DNA of 64,000 nucleotides from Paraspadella gotoi (GCA_051294375.1 CM119271.1:17155693-17219692); one strand, 5' to 3'; positions 30,041 to 44,311 are shown, counted from the first letter of the stretch. Program-made: numbers and translations. The notes: generated by a model not told the origin, from the letters alone.

Positions 30041-33000
30041 TAGGGGAGCCGGAGCCACGCTCAATTCCCTCGGGGACGTGAATTTTAGAACGTAACTAAC
30101 ATTTCATAAAATAATTAGCATAGCAATTCGACAAAATATTATGACAAATCTTTGCGCAAGAATTAAAACGATTAAATTATTTTGATTTTTAATTTTTTTA
30201 AATTTCTCTTTGTTTCTATGTTATTCATCCCAGCGGAACATTTTTAAACAAAAGGCACTTCAATTGTTTTGAGCAAAACGTTTTCAAATTTCTGAGAATT
30301 AGTTACATAAACATTTGGTATTGAAATAAAAAGAAACAACAGTTTAGAGAAACATCTCCATAGAGGATGCCTCCAATTTTACGTTCGTTGTGCGTTATGC
30401 CTCTTGGGGAAGTAAAATTCAGCGCTAAGTTTAGAATTTCCGCCGGGCGTTCTTCCTTTGGAATTGCATGTCATACAGGTAGAGAATTCGCTTTTATCAG
30501 CAATTGTATTACCTTAACTCATACTTTATTGTGACTAAAAATCATCTTAGGCCATGCTCTATTATCATCGACAAAAAGAAAATCTCGCAGAAGCAATAAG
30601 AATGATTGCGCTTAACCTCATAGATCATTGGATTTATTGTAACGTCTATCCAAAGTCATACAAAAGTATTAAAATACAAATTTCAAAGCTGTAAGATGAA
30701 TTTCGAACTTTTAAAGAAGCTCCTACGTCACGACGAGATGAAAAATGGAAATCGAACCTTCAAATTTTTTACAACCGTATCTCGGCCCGACCTTTTGAAA
30801 TCTTCTGTGAGGAAAAAATAGCAGAAAGCGACAGGAAGTTTTTACGGCGGTCACATGACCGAGGTGGAGATGAATTTTTTACAGGACCAAAGAAGTGAAC
30901 GGAAAATGTTTTGCGACAGTTTCGTTGACCGTCAATGGAAGAGAAGTGCAGAGAGAAAGGAGAAAGAATTGAAGTCGCTCGAGAAGAGAGAAAAGGCTGA
31001 GGCCGCTTCACGAAGAAAACTTAAAAAAAGTTGAATTGACCGACGAAATGGTTGAAGAGTTTTCTCAGCCTTCAACTTCATCTCAAAATTCTGATGAAAC
31101 GTTTATTTTGGACGAGATAGAGCAGCCTTTCAAGCGACGAAAGATAACTAAAGAGTCAGACGGCGAGAGTGAGATTCCAGAAAAATTTCGCCATTTACGT
31201 AAATCCAATCAAACGAGCTCAAGAAAGAATATATGAAACAATAGTTAACTTTAAAATCAAAATATCATTGTTCTGATGTTCAAGCGGGTTGCGGGTGTTG
31301 TTTTAACAGCCAGGAATCTTTTTTGTCTGCCATGGAAATTCCATGAAGAAGATAAAAATACAATCGATCTTGATACAGCGCCAGATTCGGCTAAACAATC
31401 GACGTGAAACTCGCGTGCGGCAACTATTTGCTCTAGATCAAATAGTAGAAAAAATAATTAATTCTGATTCCAAGACCTCAATTACATACCACGACGATGG
31501 CTCAAAAAGAGGGAACCAGGTTCGTTTTCGGTCCAAGGAATAACTGTTGATGGTGTTTATTTTCCGCTTCCAACGTTGTCAATTGCTAATGAAACTAGAA
31601 CGAATTTGAAAGATTAAAAAAAACTATTTTAACAATTTTGTCGGCGGTAAGTGGAGTTTCGATAGAGTTTTTTTTAATAAATTGGATTTTGTAATGACTG
31701 ATTTTACCGCTCATAATCTTGAGGTCGAAAAATTGTTAGCTGAAGAGCTCCAATTGATCATGTACCTAACCACTTACTATGCCATGTCCATCCCGTATTA
31801 ATGTTATCGGAAAAGGATTCAGTATTTAAAGAAATTGAACAATCTATAGGACCAGAAAAAAATTTTTGCCGCTTTCAATGTGACGCCGATATTCGCAGAT
31901 TCAATCATTACTCAGTTTTTGGACTGCTCTTCCCGTCTTGTGTCTCATGATTTCGAACACATAAAGCTTGGAATAAAGCAAATGAGTTTGACATTCATAT
32001 CGCGGCCGAAAAAAAATGTCTCTGTCCGGTTGGCATCGGAAAGATTTACTCGTTTTCCTTTTCTTTGCGCCGTAATAATTCACCATGACAAAGATATTGT
32101 TTTCATTTTTACAAAAATTTGACTACGTCACGAATAATTTAGCCTGTATTGTTCGTTGCTTTGAGATGAGAATTTTGCGAGTTTTTTTGCGTCGTTGGAG
32201 CTCTTCTTGGAATCCATTAATAGAACCACTTGCAAAGCTTACTTCTTCTTCAAAAACGAACTACAAGGATTTAAATACTGTTTTCCCCAAATTATACTCA
32301 AAACCTTTTAAGTGTTCCAGCGGAAAATTATTTGCAGCATAATGAGCCTGCTCTTGACTTTATTTCTACTTCAATTTTCAAAGAAGTTAAGTACAAAAAA
32401 GAAATTTTAGATTCAATTTTCTCCGGCCGCCGAACATTACCGAGTTGAAGTAATCAAACTTTTAAGAATTAAATGCAAAACGATTAGCTGATGGCTGGCA
32501 GAAGCAGCAGAGGGTGATGTATTTTCTTTTGGAGAATCAAACCAAGTGATCTTTCTGTTAAAATATGGATGAACAGAAATTACATTGGCACCAGTTAACA
32601 ACTTAGATGCTGACGGCTCCGTAGGTTCTAAATTAAATGAGCTGAAAATCCGTGGTGCTAAAAATCTTTTCCACAGCTTCAACAGCACATGTTCTTTGGA
32701 AAGTCAATACATCTGACACAAGGAAAACAAATTTCGAGTTCATTTCGTCAGATGAAGAGTAAAAAAGTATTGCCTGCTATCGTTTCAGAATGGGAAAACA
32801 AAACAGATTCAATTACAAAAAGAAGGATTTAGCCAAAAAGAAATCCAGCAAGTTAGCTTGGACCGACGTCGAAAAGCAGATCTCAGTAAAGTTGAAAGTC
32901 ATTAGGAGGCCCGTTCGTTTCTAGTGAGGAAGTTAGACTATACGTAACTAGTTCTGTTTCTGAAGAGGAGAAAGTTGAAAGACTTGTATTTTGAGGTTCG

Positions 33001-33604
33001 TGTTACGCACGTGATTCCTGCGTTTCCTTTCCCAAAAACTCACAAATTTTCGTTGAAAGAGAATTACAAAAAAACATAACCTCTCAAGCATACAGTGATA
33101 ACCTTATGATTTACTTTGACAAAGTTACATATAGAAAACAATGTCGAAATGAGTGACTTTGTTCATGTTCTTGATTGTTTAAATTAAAACAATGACCTGA
33201 TTCTTTAGTAACAATAATATTCAGATAGCCTTTGCTCTTTATTTTTTGCTTGTAGCTAAGAGTTAGCGTATTTAGATAAGAATTTAAATAGTAATTATGT
33301 TATGAAAATGTGTTATTAAGAAATTGTTAACGATAATGAGTTTAGTTTGAACTAGTTTAGCAATAATAATTATACGTTATATTTAATATAATTCATCGAA
33401 ACTTCAATGTTTAAAAAATTTTAGTTGGTTCGACCTAATTTGCATATTATGGTAAATTTATTCGTAATGCGCAAAGATTTGAAAAAAATTTGTTAGCTGA
33501 ATGGAGCTTAAAAATCTTGTAATTAATACTATTACGTCATTTAAATACGTCCTCAGTCGGAAAATAAACGTAAATCTTTTTATTTAACGTTTGCTCCTCC
33601 CCTA
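30041..33604 (+). mobile_element. full-length 3564-bp hAT-superfamily (hATw/hATm-like) DNA transposon
   Basis: Ends TAGGGGAG / CTCCCCTA, flanked by CTTAAAA on both sides (30034-30040, 33605-33611). An inverted subterminal AAATCTTTGCGCA lies at ~30146 and ~33468. Empty sites are visible at ~23035 and ~37768. Confidence 0.9.
30367..33195 (+). pseudogene. DDE transposase, copy 1 (many 1-bp indels, probably largely read errors)
   Basis: Near-identical to 50865-53690, with the intron at 30479-30550. Confidence 0.85.
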
Positions 33605-33779
33605 CTTAAAATCCGACTCTTGGTTGACATTGATGGGTTTAAGGTTTTTAACATTTATCAAGCTTCTTTTATTAATTTCGGTTTTGTACTATTTATTTTT
33701 AATTATGCTAAAATAATTGTTAATACAAAAATATTTTTATATTAAACCAAAATACAGACTGGAGAGACGAGGCACGAAG

Positions 33780-33822
<43 letters not shown>

Positions 33823-34489
33823 AAGATTTTACGGATTTGTTTCATAAGTTAATCTTATTTCTGAGATAACTATGCAAAGTTATTCTCATTGTGATTCTAT
33901 ATTTTAAATTAAATTTTTTACGTAGAAAAAAATATTTTAAATAATATAAATTAGTAAATTTTTAAATATAAGTGCATTAATAAAAAGCTAAATACATATA
34001 TTAAAAAATTAATAAAAAGGTTAATTATTTTGATATTTAATTTTATATTTTTGTGCGAGTGATAAATCATAAGCCAGAACAACTTGATTGCTATTTATTT
34101 AAATATTACTAAATCAATTAAAAGTAATATAAATAAAGTAAATAAAAAAATTTAAAAAAATTCAATATTGCATTATAAAAGTTCTGTAGATAAAAATATA
34201 AGGTTTTTCTTATTATCCTGCATCTAATGAAAAGAATATTAAAAAAATTTTAATCAATATTATAAAAAATATTAATTAATATTAAAAATATAAATTTTAT
34301 TTTTTTGAAAAAATTACTGAAAAAAAATTGTTACCATTTTTTTATGCAATAACTTAACAATTTGCTTGATTTAATTTTATAAATTAAGGTAACCTCTGAA
34401 ATGATCCATAATAATGTATTTAAGTTATTCGATATTGTATAGGATCAGTAAGCTTTTTTTAGCATAAGTGATAGAAAAAACTTAAGAGT

Positions 34490-34531
<42 letters not shown>

Positions 34532-35465
34532 GAATAATCAAAAGCCGGGGGTAAATGGTCTTTTGATTCATCGCCATAGGACCCGGATATCAACAAAAGT
34601 ATGTATCAACAAATGTATCATTTATTATATTATCTGTCATGTATTATCTATCATATACACCCTACGCCTTGCATGCACACGCAGAGAGAGAGAGAGAGAG
34701 AGAGACAGATACATACATACACACACACCACAGAGAGAGAGAGAGAGAGAGCACGCGACGTAAGCAAAGTTTCTGATGAGGGCATGCGACATTCTCATCC
34801 GCGTCATGGCTTCGAATTCTCATTCTGATATTTTGGACAACCAAGAGGAAAGAACGCCGTCCCAACCAAAAAATTACCTCAACCGAGTGAAGAAAAAAAT
34901 GCAAAATCTGTCATCAAATACTCGCCCAAAAGGATTATAACAGTAAAATAAAAACTACAACAACAAAAATTATTCGGACGCCTGCGCATTGTCATTGATN
35001 NNNNNNNNNNNNNNNNNNNNNNNNNNNNNNNNNNNNNNNNNNNNNNNNNNNNNNNNNNNNNNNNNNNNNNNNNNNNNNNNNNNNNNNNNNNNNNNNNNNN
35101 NNNNNNNNNNNNNNNNNNNNNNNNNNNNNNNNNNNNNNNNNNNNNNNNNNNNNNNNNNNNNNNNNNNNNNNNNNNNNNNNNNNNNNNNNNNNNNNNNNNN
35201 NNNNNNNNNNNNNNNNNNNNNNNNNNNNNNNNNNNNNNNNNNNNNNNNNNNNNNNNNNNNNNNNNNNNNNNNNNNNNNNNNNNNNNNNNNNNNNNNNNNN
35301 NNNGCTATACAAATAAAAATTCGTTATGAAAAACTAAAAAAAAATTATTATTTCGTCTAAAATTGATATCATAAGCTTATGGGTCTATCATCGAAGGAAT
35401 TTGNNNNNNNNNNNNNNNNNNNNNNNNNCGAGAGAGAGAGACCGATACGACATGCGGAGAAACCC

Positions 35466-35508
<43 letters not shown>

Positions 35509-36719
35509 GAGAGAGAGAGAGAGAGAGAAAGAAAGAGGAGAGAGAGAGAGAGAGAGAGGAGAGAGAGGAGAAGAGGAGATCAGGTCCGACCGCTTCGTAC
35601 GTGGGGAAAGCGACGTAGGATTTAAATAAGCGACGCCCCCCGCGTCCGCTTCATCCTCACCCCAATCAGTTCCCCAACTAAGCGAGATCCTCCTCGCTCT
35701 CCCCACCATTTCCAGCTCCCCTAAGAGTGGTTCTTCCCTCATACGATCGGGAGCGTGAACCTCGGTTCATCGAGTCTCGAATGCTCCGGGGGTCGATTCG
35801 TTCCATTCAACCGCGAGAATCGCCGTCGTCGTCGAAGCGGAAAATCTCGACGACCGCGAGTAATGGCACGGCGGTCGTCGTCGAGCGCGGCGGCTACGCG
35901 GTCGTCGGTCGGTCGCGGGCAGAACACTCCCCGATCGGACGACGCGCGTAATCTTCCTCGGCGGCGCGGTACTCATCGCTCTGTCGTCGTCGTCGTCGCG
36001 GTCCGCAGTATTCGATTCGTAGATCGGCGCCAACACGCGCGCTTCGATCGCCGGCGGTGCAGTACCGATACGGCCGTTTTCTCCGGTCCGTCGACCCCCG
36101 AGAGACCTCGAAGCCCATCGCAGCGCGCGCGCAGTCACATGTCCGAATACCCGTCTAAAAAACATCGTTCCAATCGTAAATTTTAAGCAATAAAACAAAA
36201 ATTTGGAAATCTTGTGAGTAATAGTTTTTTATTTATTGTTTCTTAATCTCTACCCGAATCCGGTTTTAAAATTGTGATTTTGAAAAAAATATTTCATGAT
36301 ATAGTAATAACGAATAAACTTTAAATGCTTCCTATGTATTAACTGTAAATAAAATCCTTTAAATTTTTTTTTAATTTCGTTATCACAGCAGAGATGCTAT
36401 ATACGTTACTTTATGTTACAGGAACTCTGTTTTTACTCTTGTTTGTTCGCTAATTGCACAATGTCATTTAATTATTTATTTATCCTGTTTAAGCCTATCT
36501 CTCTTCTCGTCTTCGTCTTTCTTCTATACAAATTCATTTCTTTTTTAAAAAAAAACTCACTCAGTCTGTGTTCAACTTACCTGTCCTCACCTCTGACCAC
36601 TAGTGCTGTCTCACCACTACTTGTTGGAAACTTCTAACTTCTCCTTTCTGCCCTTAATCTCTCTCTCTCTCTCTCTCTCATCTTCTTTTGCAAATAATTT
36701 ATTCGCAATTCACAAACTA

Positions 36720-36766
36720 AAACGCTGAGAAGGCTTTTGAATGCTAAAGGCGAAACATGTCTGTTT
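36720..36766 (+). ncRNA. hammerhead variant 1, unit C copy (duplicate at 43039-43085)
   Basis: aaacgCTGAGAAggctttt...aaaggcGAAAcatgTCtgttt, a noisy copy of 29037-29082. Confidence 0.5.
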
Positions 36767-36961
36767 ATCAACAAAAACAATTTCGTTTGAAAACCAATAT
36801 AAAACTTTTTTTTCTTCCAATCAATTTACAACGAAAGAAAGAAAGGATTATCACATAATTTCAAATTTGAAATTTTTTAGTTTCTTTTACAAGTCTCGTA
36901 TCGATTCACCGGGGAAAGTTCGAAAAACTCGTGCCAAAAAAAAATTTTCAGAATATATTTT

Positions 36962-37004
<43 letters not shown>

Positions 37005-37959
37005 GCGCAACGCCGTTAATTAACTATTTCGTACGTGGGGAAGCAATTGGCGTCAAATAAAGTTCCGCATCGTTCTTCACGCTCCCCCCAATGCCGGCCC
37101 TACTCGCAGATCCGCGTCAAATATAACGGATCGCCCGCAATATTTTTTTTTAACTTTTGCTCTCATTCGGAACGAAATGCTCCAGGGTTTGCGGCGGTCC
37201 ATTCACCTGTCTCTTCCGCCCGTCGGCTTCGTCCGTTGTTCGTGGGCCGCATCCCTGCCACATCGCGTGTCGTGCTTGTCTTGTGCGGGCAGTGTTTTCG
37301 ATCGAGGTCGAACTCGCGATCCCCATGCATGCTGCGGTCGCGTTGTCGCCGTCCGCGCGTTTCGGTCGAGCTGCTCCGCGCATCGCGGTTTACAAGATCG
37401 CCGTTGTCGTCGTTGTTTGGGGCGGAACTCGTTTCGGTCGAGCTCGAGCGCATCCCCGTCGTGGCTCGTCATTGGATCAACGTCGTCGTTGTTGTCGTTT
37501 CTGCGCGATCACCGAGAAACGTTTACCGCGATCGAAGTGTCGCGGAGCGCGTTTGATGTTCGTTGCGCCATCAACTCGTAAGCATATAAATGTAAGAAAC
37601 ATTTTTGCAGAGAGAAGCGATACCTCAATTGTCAGCTTTTCCAATGGAAATCATGGCAGCCATCAATTCCGCATATGACGGACTTCCGCCGCTGCTGCCA
37701 ACACGATTATTTTTTTTGTCCTCATTCTCTCTTCTCCTCTTCATCATTGTGATTATGCAAATCCTCAGCTAAATCCGACTCTTGGTTGACATTGATGGGT
37801 TTAGGTTTAAGCCTTTATCAAGCTTCTTTTATTTAATTTCGGTTTTGTACTATTTATTTTTAATTATGCTATAAATTACTTCGTTAATACAAAAATATTT
37901 TTATATTAAACGAAAAAATACACAGATGGAGAGACGAGGTACGAGCACACACAGCACAC

Positions 37960-37992
<33 letters not shown>

Positions 37993-39441
37993 AAGATTTT
38001 ACGGATTGGTTCATAAGGTTAAATTTATTTGCTGAGATAACTATATCAAAGTTATTCTCATTTATGATACTATACAGCTTTTAATTTAAATTTTTTATGA
38101 TAGAAAAAATATTTTAAATTAATTAAATAGTCATTTTTAAATATAAGTGCATTAATAAAAGCTAATACAAATTAAAAAAATTATAAAAAGGTTAATTATT
38201 TTGGGATATTAACTTTTATTATTTTTTTATCAGTCATTAAGAGCCAGAACAACTTGATTGCTATTTATTTAAATATTACTAAAATCAATTAAAAAGTAAT
38301 AAAAAAAGTAAATAAAAAAGATTTAAAAAATTCAATATTGGCATTATAAAGTTTTCTGTAGATAAAAAATATAGAGGTTTTTTCTATTATCCTGCATCTA
38401 ATGAAAGAATTTAAAAAAAATTTAATCAATATTAAAAAAAAATATAAATATTAATCTCAATTTAAAACAATATATAATTTATTATTTTCTTTGGAAAAAC
38501 TTACTGAAAAAAATTGGTAGCACGATTTTTTTATGCAATAACTTTCACAATTTGCTTGATTTAATTTTTAAAAAATTATAGGTATCTCTGAAATGATGCC
38601 ATAATAATGATTCTAAGTTATTGCGTATTGTGAATACGGGTAAATCAGTAAGCTTTTTTTATAGCATAAGTGGATAGAAAAAACTATAAAGAGTATAAGA
38701 GAGAGAGAGAGAGAGAGAGAAGAGCGAGAGAGAGAAACGAAAATAATCAAAAGCCGGGGTAAATGGTCTGTTTGATTCATCCGCCTTATATATTTTGTGA
38801 CCCGGATATCTTATTACTTATCTTTTTTTAAAAGTATGTATCAAATTTTCATGTATTAAGATTATCTGTCGTGTATTATCTATCATTACACCTACGCCTT
38901 GCATGGCACAATTGAGCAAGAGAGAGAGAGAGAGGGAGAGAGAAGAGGACAGACCAGATACAGTAACACACACACACACACACAGAGAGAGAGAAGAGAG
39001 AGAGAGAGACACGCACGAAGTCGCGCCGTGCAAAGTTGCTGATGAGGGCATGCGACATTCTCATCCGCGCATGGCTTCGAATTCTCATTCTGATATTTTG
39101 ACAAGCGCAAGAGGAAAAGAACGCCGGTCCACAAAAAAATTAGCCTCAACCGAGTGAAGAAAAAATGCAAATATCGTGTCATCAAATTACTCGCACCAAA
39201 AGGATTATCAACATAAATATAAAAAACTACAACAACAAAAATTATTTCGGGGACGGGCCTGCGCATTGTCATTGGATGACTCAACCTTGGATTTATCCTT
39301 TCTCAAAAACTTCCATGAGACAAAGTGCCAAGAAAACCAAGACAAATTCCATTTCTTTCGTGATTAAACTCATTTAAAAATTTCGATATCTTCTGCTTCA
39401 ACACCTCCGCCTGTCTTAAAGCTCAAAGCGCCCGCATTTTT

Positions 39442-39487
39442 ACGAGTTGAGAAGAAACGAAAATACACGTTTCGAAACATGTCTGCT
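39442..39487 (+). ncRNA. hammerhead variant 2, unit C copy (duplicate at 45761-45806, noisy copy at 55762-55808)
   Basis: TTGAGAA-gaaacg[aaaataca]cgtttc-GAAA-catg-TC-tgct. Confidence 0.45.
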
Positions 39488-40046
39488 ATACCAAATACAA
39501 AATCGTTATGAAAAAACAAAAAAAATATTATTATTTCGTCTAAAATTGATATCATAAGAATTATGGGTCTATATCGAAGAATTTGAATAGTGATTAGTCA
39601 TTATTTTTTGGCAAGAACAATTTTTATCTCTATTTGTAGCAGAAACAAAACTTAACTAATTAGAAAAACTTCAGTTGTTGTCATACCTAAATATTTATAA
39701 TGACATTATTTTATTTTTGTATGTAAAAAATATATTTTACTAAATTATAAAATTTTTTATTTTTTACTGTTCAATACTTAATTTAGATTTAAGCATCATT
39801 AAACAAAGGCTTATAAGACTAATATTTTTTTATATTAACTTAAAAGCATAAAAAACAAACAATAAATTTTATTCTTATAAAAATATAATGTGTAATAACC
39901 ATCTTATTATATCCTATTCATACCCCTAGAACATATTGATAAATTATTGATACTTAATTGAATCTTAATTAATAAAATAATAAAAAAAATTAAACAAAGT
40001 AATAATCTTTTTCTTACTTTATATTTTATATTACTTTAGAGAGAAA

Positions 40047-40850
40047 GGTCATTCAGGCATAACAATGCGTATCTTTGATGTATTAGAGCTATGCATCGAG
40101 AAATACATTATAGTTCACAGTAATCACAAAAAAAATATGTTTTATTTAAATGTAAAACACTCTGTTTTCATCATTTTTTTTATCGAAAAAACAATTGTTA
40201 AGTTAAAATGGGTAAGCACATTTTTTTAAAGATTTAGTTTTCTTCAATCTGATTGGTTAAAAAAAATTCTAGGTAAGAAGTTAAAAACAAGTAAGGGATA
40301 ATTAGAAAGGGGGAATAAACATTAATCCTGTGACTCTGTTGGTTTTCCAGTCATGAGAAGATCTTCATGTTAAATAGATGGTAAAAGAAATTTTAGCATA
40401 CAATTGAATCTATACGAATTTGGAAGACTTGCAGCCTAAACGACTACAATATATACTTGGAGTTTAAAATTTGATTAGCAATCTTAAAAACATTTGTAAA
40501 AATGTACATAGAGAGACATTTGATAACGTTTCCAGTTATGAAGAATTCGGGTTAAAGTTGAAAAATGTTTCATTTTCATCATACAATTGAAATTAAAAAC
40601 GTCTCTCTATTCATTTTTTTCGAATTCACTAATAAAGCAATTCATAAAAAATACAGAATGGATTGCTTTTTCGTTTGACCTGCAACTCTTCAGATAGGAT
40701 TTCTTTTTTTTTATATTATAATTAAAACCGATATAAAATGGCGTAGATGCAAATCAAAATGTTTAAAGTGAATACATGTCGGAACGGCAGGCGCTCAAAC
40801 TTTCTGAATTGTCCTTCATTTGGCCTATTTTGAGTTGAGTTGACATGACC
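40047..40850. mobile_element. 804-bp insertion with short inverted ends, specific to unit C/D (duplicate at 46366-47169)
   Basis: Absent from unit A at ~24720. Ends are GGTCATTCA / TGACATGACC. Both flanks resemble TTT(T)AAAAGAAA. Confidence 0.55.
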
Positions 40851-41150
40851 ATTTCTTAAAAGAAAGTTTAAACAAATCAGTCAATACTTTAAATTTTGAA
40901 TTATTCCTAATTTTAAAAATTTTTGAGAATTAAAATGAAAATAATTTTTAAACTTTACATTAAAACAAGAATAAAATTTGAAAAAGATTTACTTCTCACC
41001 GATATTTTAAAAAAATTCAGCAACCTGTTATATCAAATTTTAAACACTACTTACTCATGATTGCAGAAAAAATTATATTGTTAAAACCAACTTAAAGGAG
41101 CAAACATTATGAAACGTTTTCAAATTTATAATTTATGCGAGAGTTCGACG

Positions 41151-41190
<40 letters not shown>

Positions 41191-41237
41191 AGAGTCCGAG
41201 ATTCGAGATCCAAGATTCGAGATTCGAGCACGTGCAG

Positions 41238-41275
<38 letters not shown>

Positions 41276-41747
41276 AGATTCGAGATTCGAGAATCGACAC
41301 CGTTTCAGCAGAGAGACGAGAGAGAGAGAGAGAGATTTCGCGATTCGAACGTTCAGAGAGAGAGAGACGAGATAGGGGAAAGAGAGAGAGGAGAGCACGA
41401 GAGTTTCCGAGATTCGAACGTTCAGAGAGAGAGAGAGCAGAGAGAGAGGGGCCAAACATAACTGATCACACAAATCATATACATAATAAAAATGATGCTG
41501 ATCGCACAATTTCATCAAAACTTATATTTAGCTATCACACACTTTCTACCAACACACAAAAATTTTATTCCAATCCATCGGTCTTATCACGAGTAATTCG
41601 AGTTCTTTGCTAAAGGGGGATTGATGGATGGACAGACTAACATTTTTTTTGTGTATAATTTATCAATTCAATGTTTTGACATGATATAAGTGAATGACCG
41701 ACAAGATTCAAGGGGCGGACTGNNNNNNNNNNNNNNNNNNNNNNNNN

Positions 41748-41784
41748 CGAGAGAGAGAGACCGATACGACATGCGGAGAAACCC

Positions 41785-41827
<43 letters not shown>

Positions 41828-43280
41828 GAGAGAGAGAGAGAGAGAGAAAGAAAGAGGAGAGAGAGAGAGAGAGAGAGGAGAGAGAGGAGAAGAGGAGATC
41901 AGGTCCGACCGCTTCGTACGTGGGGAAAGCGACGTAGGATTTAAATAAGCGACGCCCCCCGCGTCCGCTTCATCCTCACCCCAATCAGTTCCCCAACTAA
42001 GCGAGATCCTCCTCGCTCTCCCCACCATTTCCAGCTCCCCTAAGAGTGGTTCTTCCCTCATACGATCGGGAGCGTGAACCTCGGTTCATCGAGTCTCGAA
42101 TGCTCCGGGGGTCGATTCGTTCCATTCAACCGCGAGAATCGCCGTCGTCGTCGAAGCGGAAAATCTCGACGACCGCGAGTAATGGCACGGCGGTCGTCGT
42201 CGAGCGCGGCGGCTACGCGGTCGTCGGTCGGTCGCGGGCAGAACACTCCCCGATCGGACGACGCGCGTAATCTTCCTCGGCGGCGCGGTACTCATCGCTC
42301 TGTCGTCGTCGTCGTCGCGGTCCGCAGTATTCGATTCGTAGATCGGCGCCAACACGCGCGCTTCGATCGCCGGCGGTGCAGTACCGATACGGCCGTTTTC
42401 TCCGGTCCGTCGACCCCCGAGAGACCTCGAAGCCCATCGCAGCGCGCGCGCAGTCACATGTCCGAATACCCGTCTAAAAAACATCGTTCCAATCGTAAAT
42501 TTTAAGCAATAAAACAAAAATTTGGAAATCTTGTGAGTAATAGTTTTTTATTTATTGTTTCTTAATCTCTACCCGAATCCGGTTTTAAAATTGTGATTTT
42601 GAAAAAAATATTTCATGATATAGTAATAACGAATAAACTTTAAATGCTTCCTATGTATTAACTGTAAATAAAATCCTTTAAATTTTTTTTTAATTTCGTT
42701 ATCACAGCAGAGATGCTATATACGTTACTTTATGTTACAGGAACTCTGTTTTTACTCTTGTTTGTTCGCTAATTGCACAATGTCATTTAATTATTTATTT
42801 ATCCTGTTTAAGCCTATCTCTCTTCTCGTCTTCGTCTTTCTTCTATACAAATTCATTTCTTTTTTAAAAAAAAACTCACTCAGTCTGTGTTCAACTTACC
42901 TGTCCTCACCTCTGACCACTAGTGCTGTCTCACCACTACTTGTTGGAAACTTCTAACTTCTCCTTTCTGCCCTTAATCTCTCTCTCTCTCTCTCTCTCAT
43001 CTTCTTTTGCAAATAATTTATTCGCAATTCACAAACTAAAACGCTGAGAAGGCTTTTGAATGCTAAAGGCGAAACATGTCTGTTTATCAACAAAAACAAT
43101 TTCGTTTGAAAACCAATATAAAACTTTTTTTTCTTCCAATCAATTTACAACGAAAGAAAGAAAGGATTATCACATAATTTCAAATTTGAAATTTTTTAGT
43201 TTCTTTTACAAGTCTCGTATCGATTCACCGGGGAAAGTTCGAAAAACTCGTGCCAAAAAAAAATTTTCAGAATATATTTT

Positions 43281-43323
<43 letters not shown>

Positions 43324-44278
43324 GCGCAACGCCGTTAATTAACTATTTCGTACGTGGGGAAGCAATTGGCGTCAAATAAAGTTCCGCATCGTTCTTCACG
43401 CTCCCCCCAATGCCGGCCCTACTCGCAGATCCGCGTCAAATATAACGGATCGCCCGCAATATTTTTTTTTAACTTTTGCTCTCATTCGGAACGAAATGCT
43501 CCAGGGTTTGCGGCGGTCCATTCACCTGTCTCTTCCGCCCGTCGGCTTCGTCCGTTGTTCGTGGGCCGCATCCCTGCCACATCGCGTGTCGTGCTTGTCT
43601 TGTGCGGGCAGTGTTTTCGATCGAGGTCGAACTCGCGATCCCCATGCATGCTGCGGTCGCGTTGTCGCCGTCCGCGCGTTTCGGTCGAGCTGCTCCGCGC
43701 ATCGCGGTTTACAAGATCGCCGTTGTCGTCGTTGTTTGGGGCGGAACTCGTTTCGGTCGAGCTCGAGCGCATCCCCGTCGTGGCTCGTCATTGGATCAAC
43801 GTCGTCGTTGTTGTCGTTTCTGCGCGATCACCGAGAAACGTTTACCGCGATCGAAGTGTCGCGGAGCGCGTTTGATGTTCGTTGCGCCATCAACTCGTAA
43901 GCATATAAATGTAAGAAACATTTTTGCAGAGAGAAGCGATACCTCAATTGTCAGCTTTTCCAATGGAAATCATGGCAGCCATCAATTCCGCATATGACGG
44001 ACTTCCGCCGCTGCTGCCAACACGATTATTTTTTTTGTCCTCATTCTCTCTTCTCCTCTTCATCATTGTGATTATGCAAATCCTCAGCTAAATCCGACTC
44101 TTGGTTGACATTGATGGGTTTAGGTTTAAGCCTTTATCAAGCTTCTTTTATTTAATTTCGGTTTTGTACTATTTATTTTTAATTATGCTATAAATTACTT
44201 CGTTAATACAAAAATATTTTTATATTAAACGAAAAAATACACAGATGGAGAGACGAGGTACGAGCACACACAGCACAC

Positions 44279-44311
<33 letters not shown>

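Larger units (their letters stand above)
27228..35403. repeat. macro-repeat unit B (two GC-rich cassettes, carries the 3.56-kb transposon)
   Basis: Colinear with units A and C once 30041-33604 is removed. Confidence 0.85.
35429..41722. repeat. macro-repeat unit C (no 3.56-kb transposon, has an 804-bp insertion)
   Basis: Colinear with unit B from cassette 1 onward and bounded by 25-N gaps. Confidence 0.85.

Noticed and set aside
40660-40700. Minus-strand CTGAAGA...GAAA hammerhead-like core
   Set aside because: No convincing stem III, cleavage triplet or stem I.
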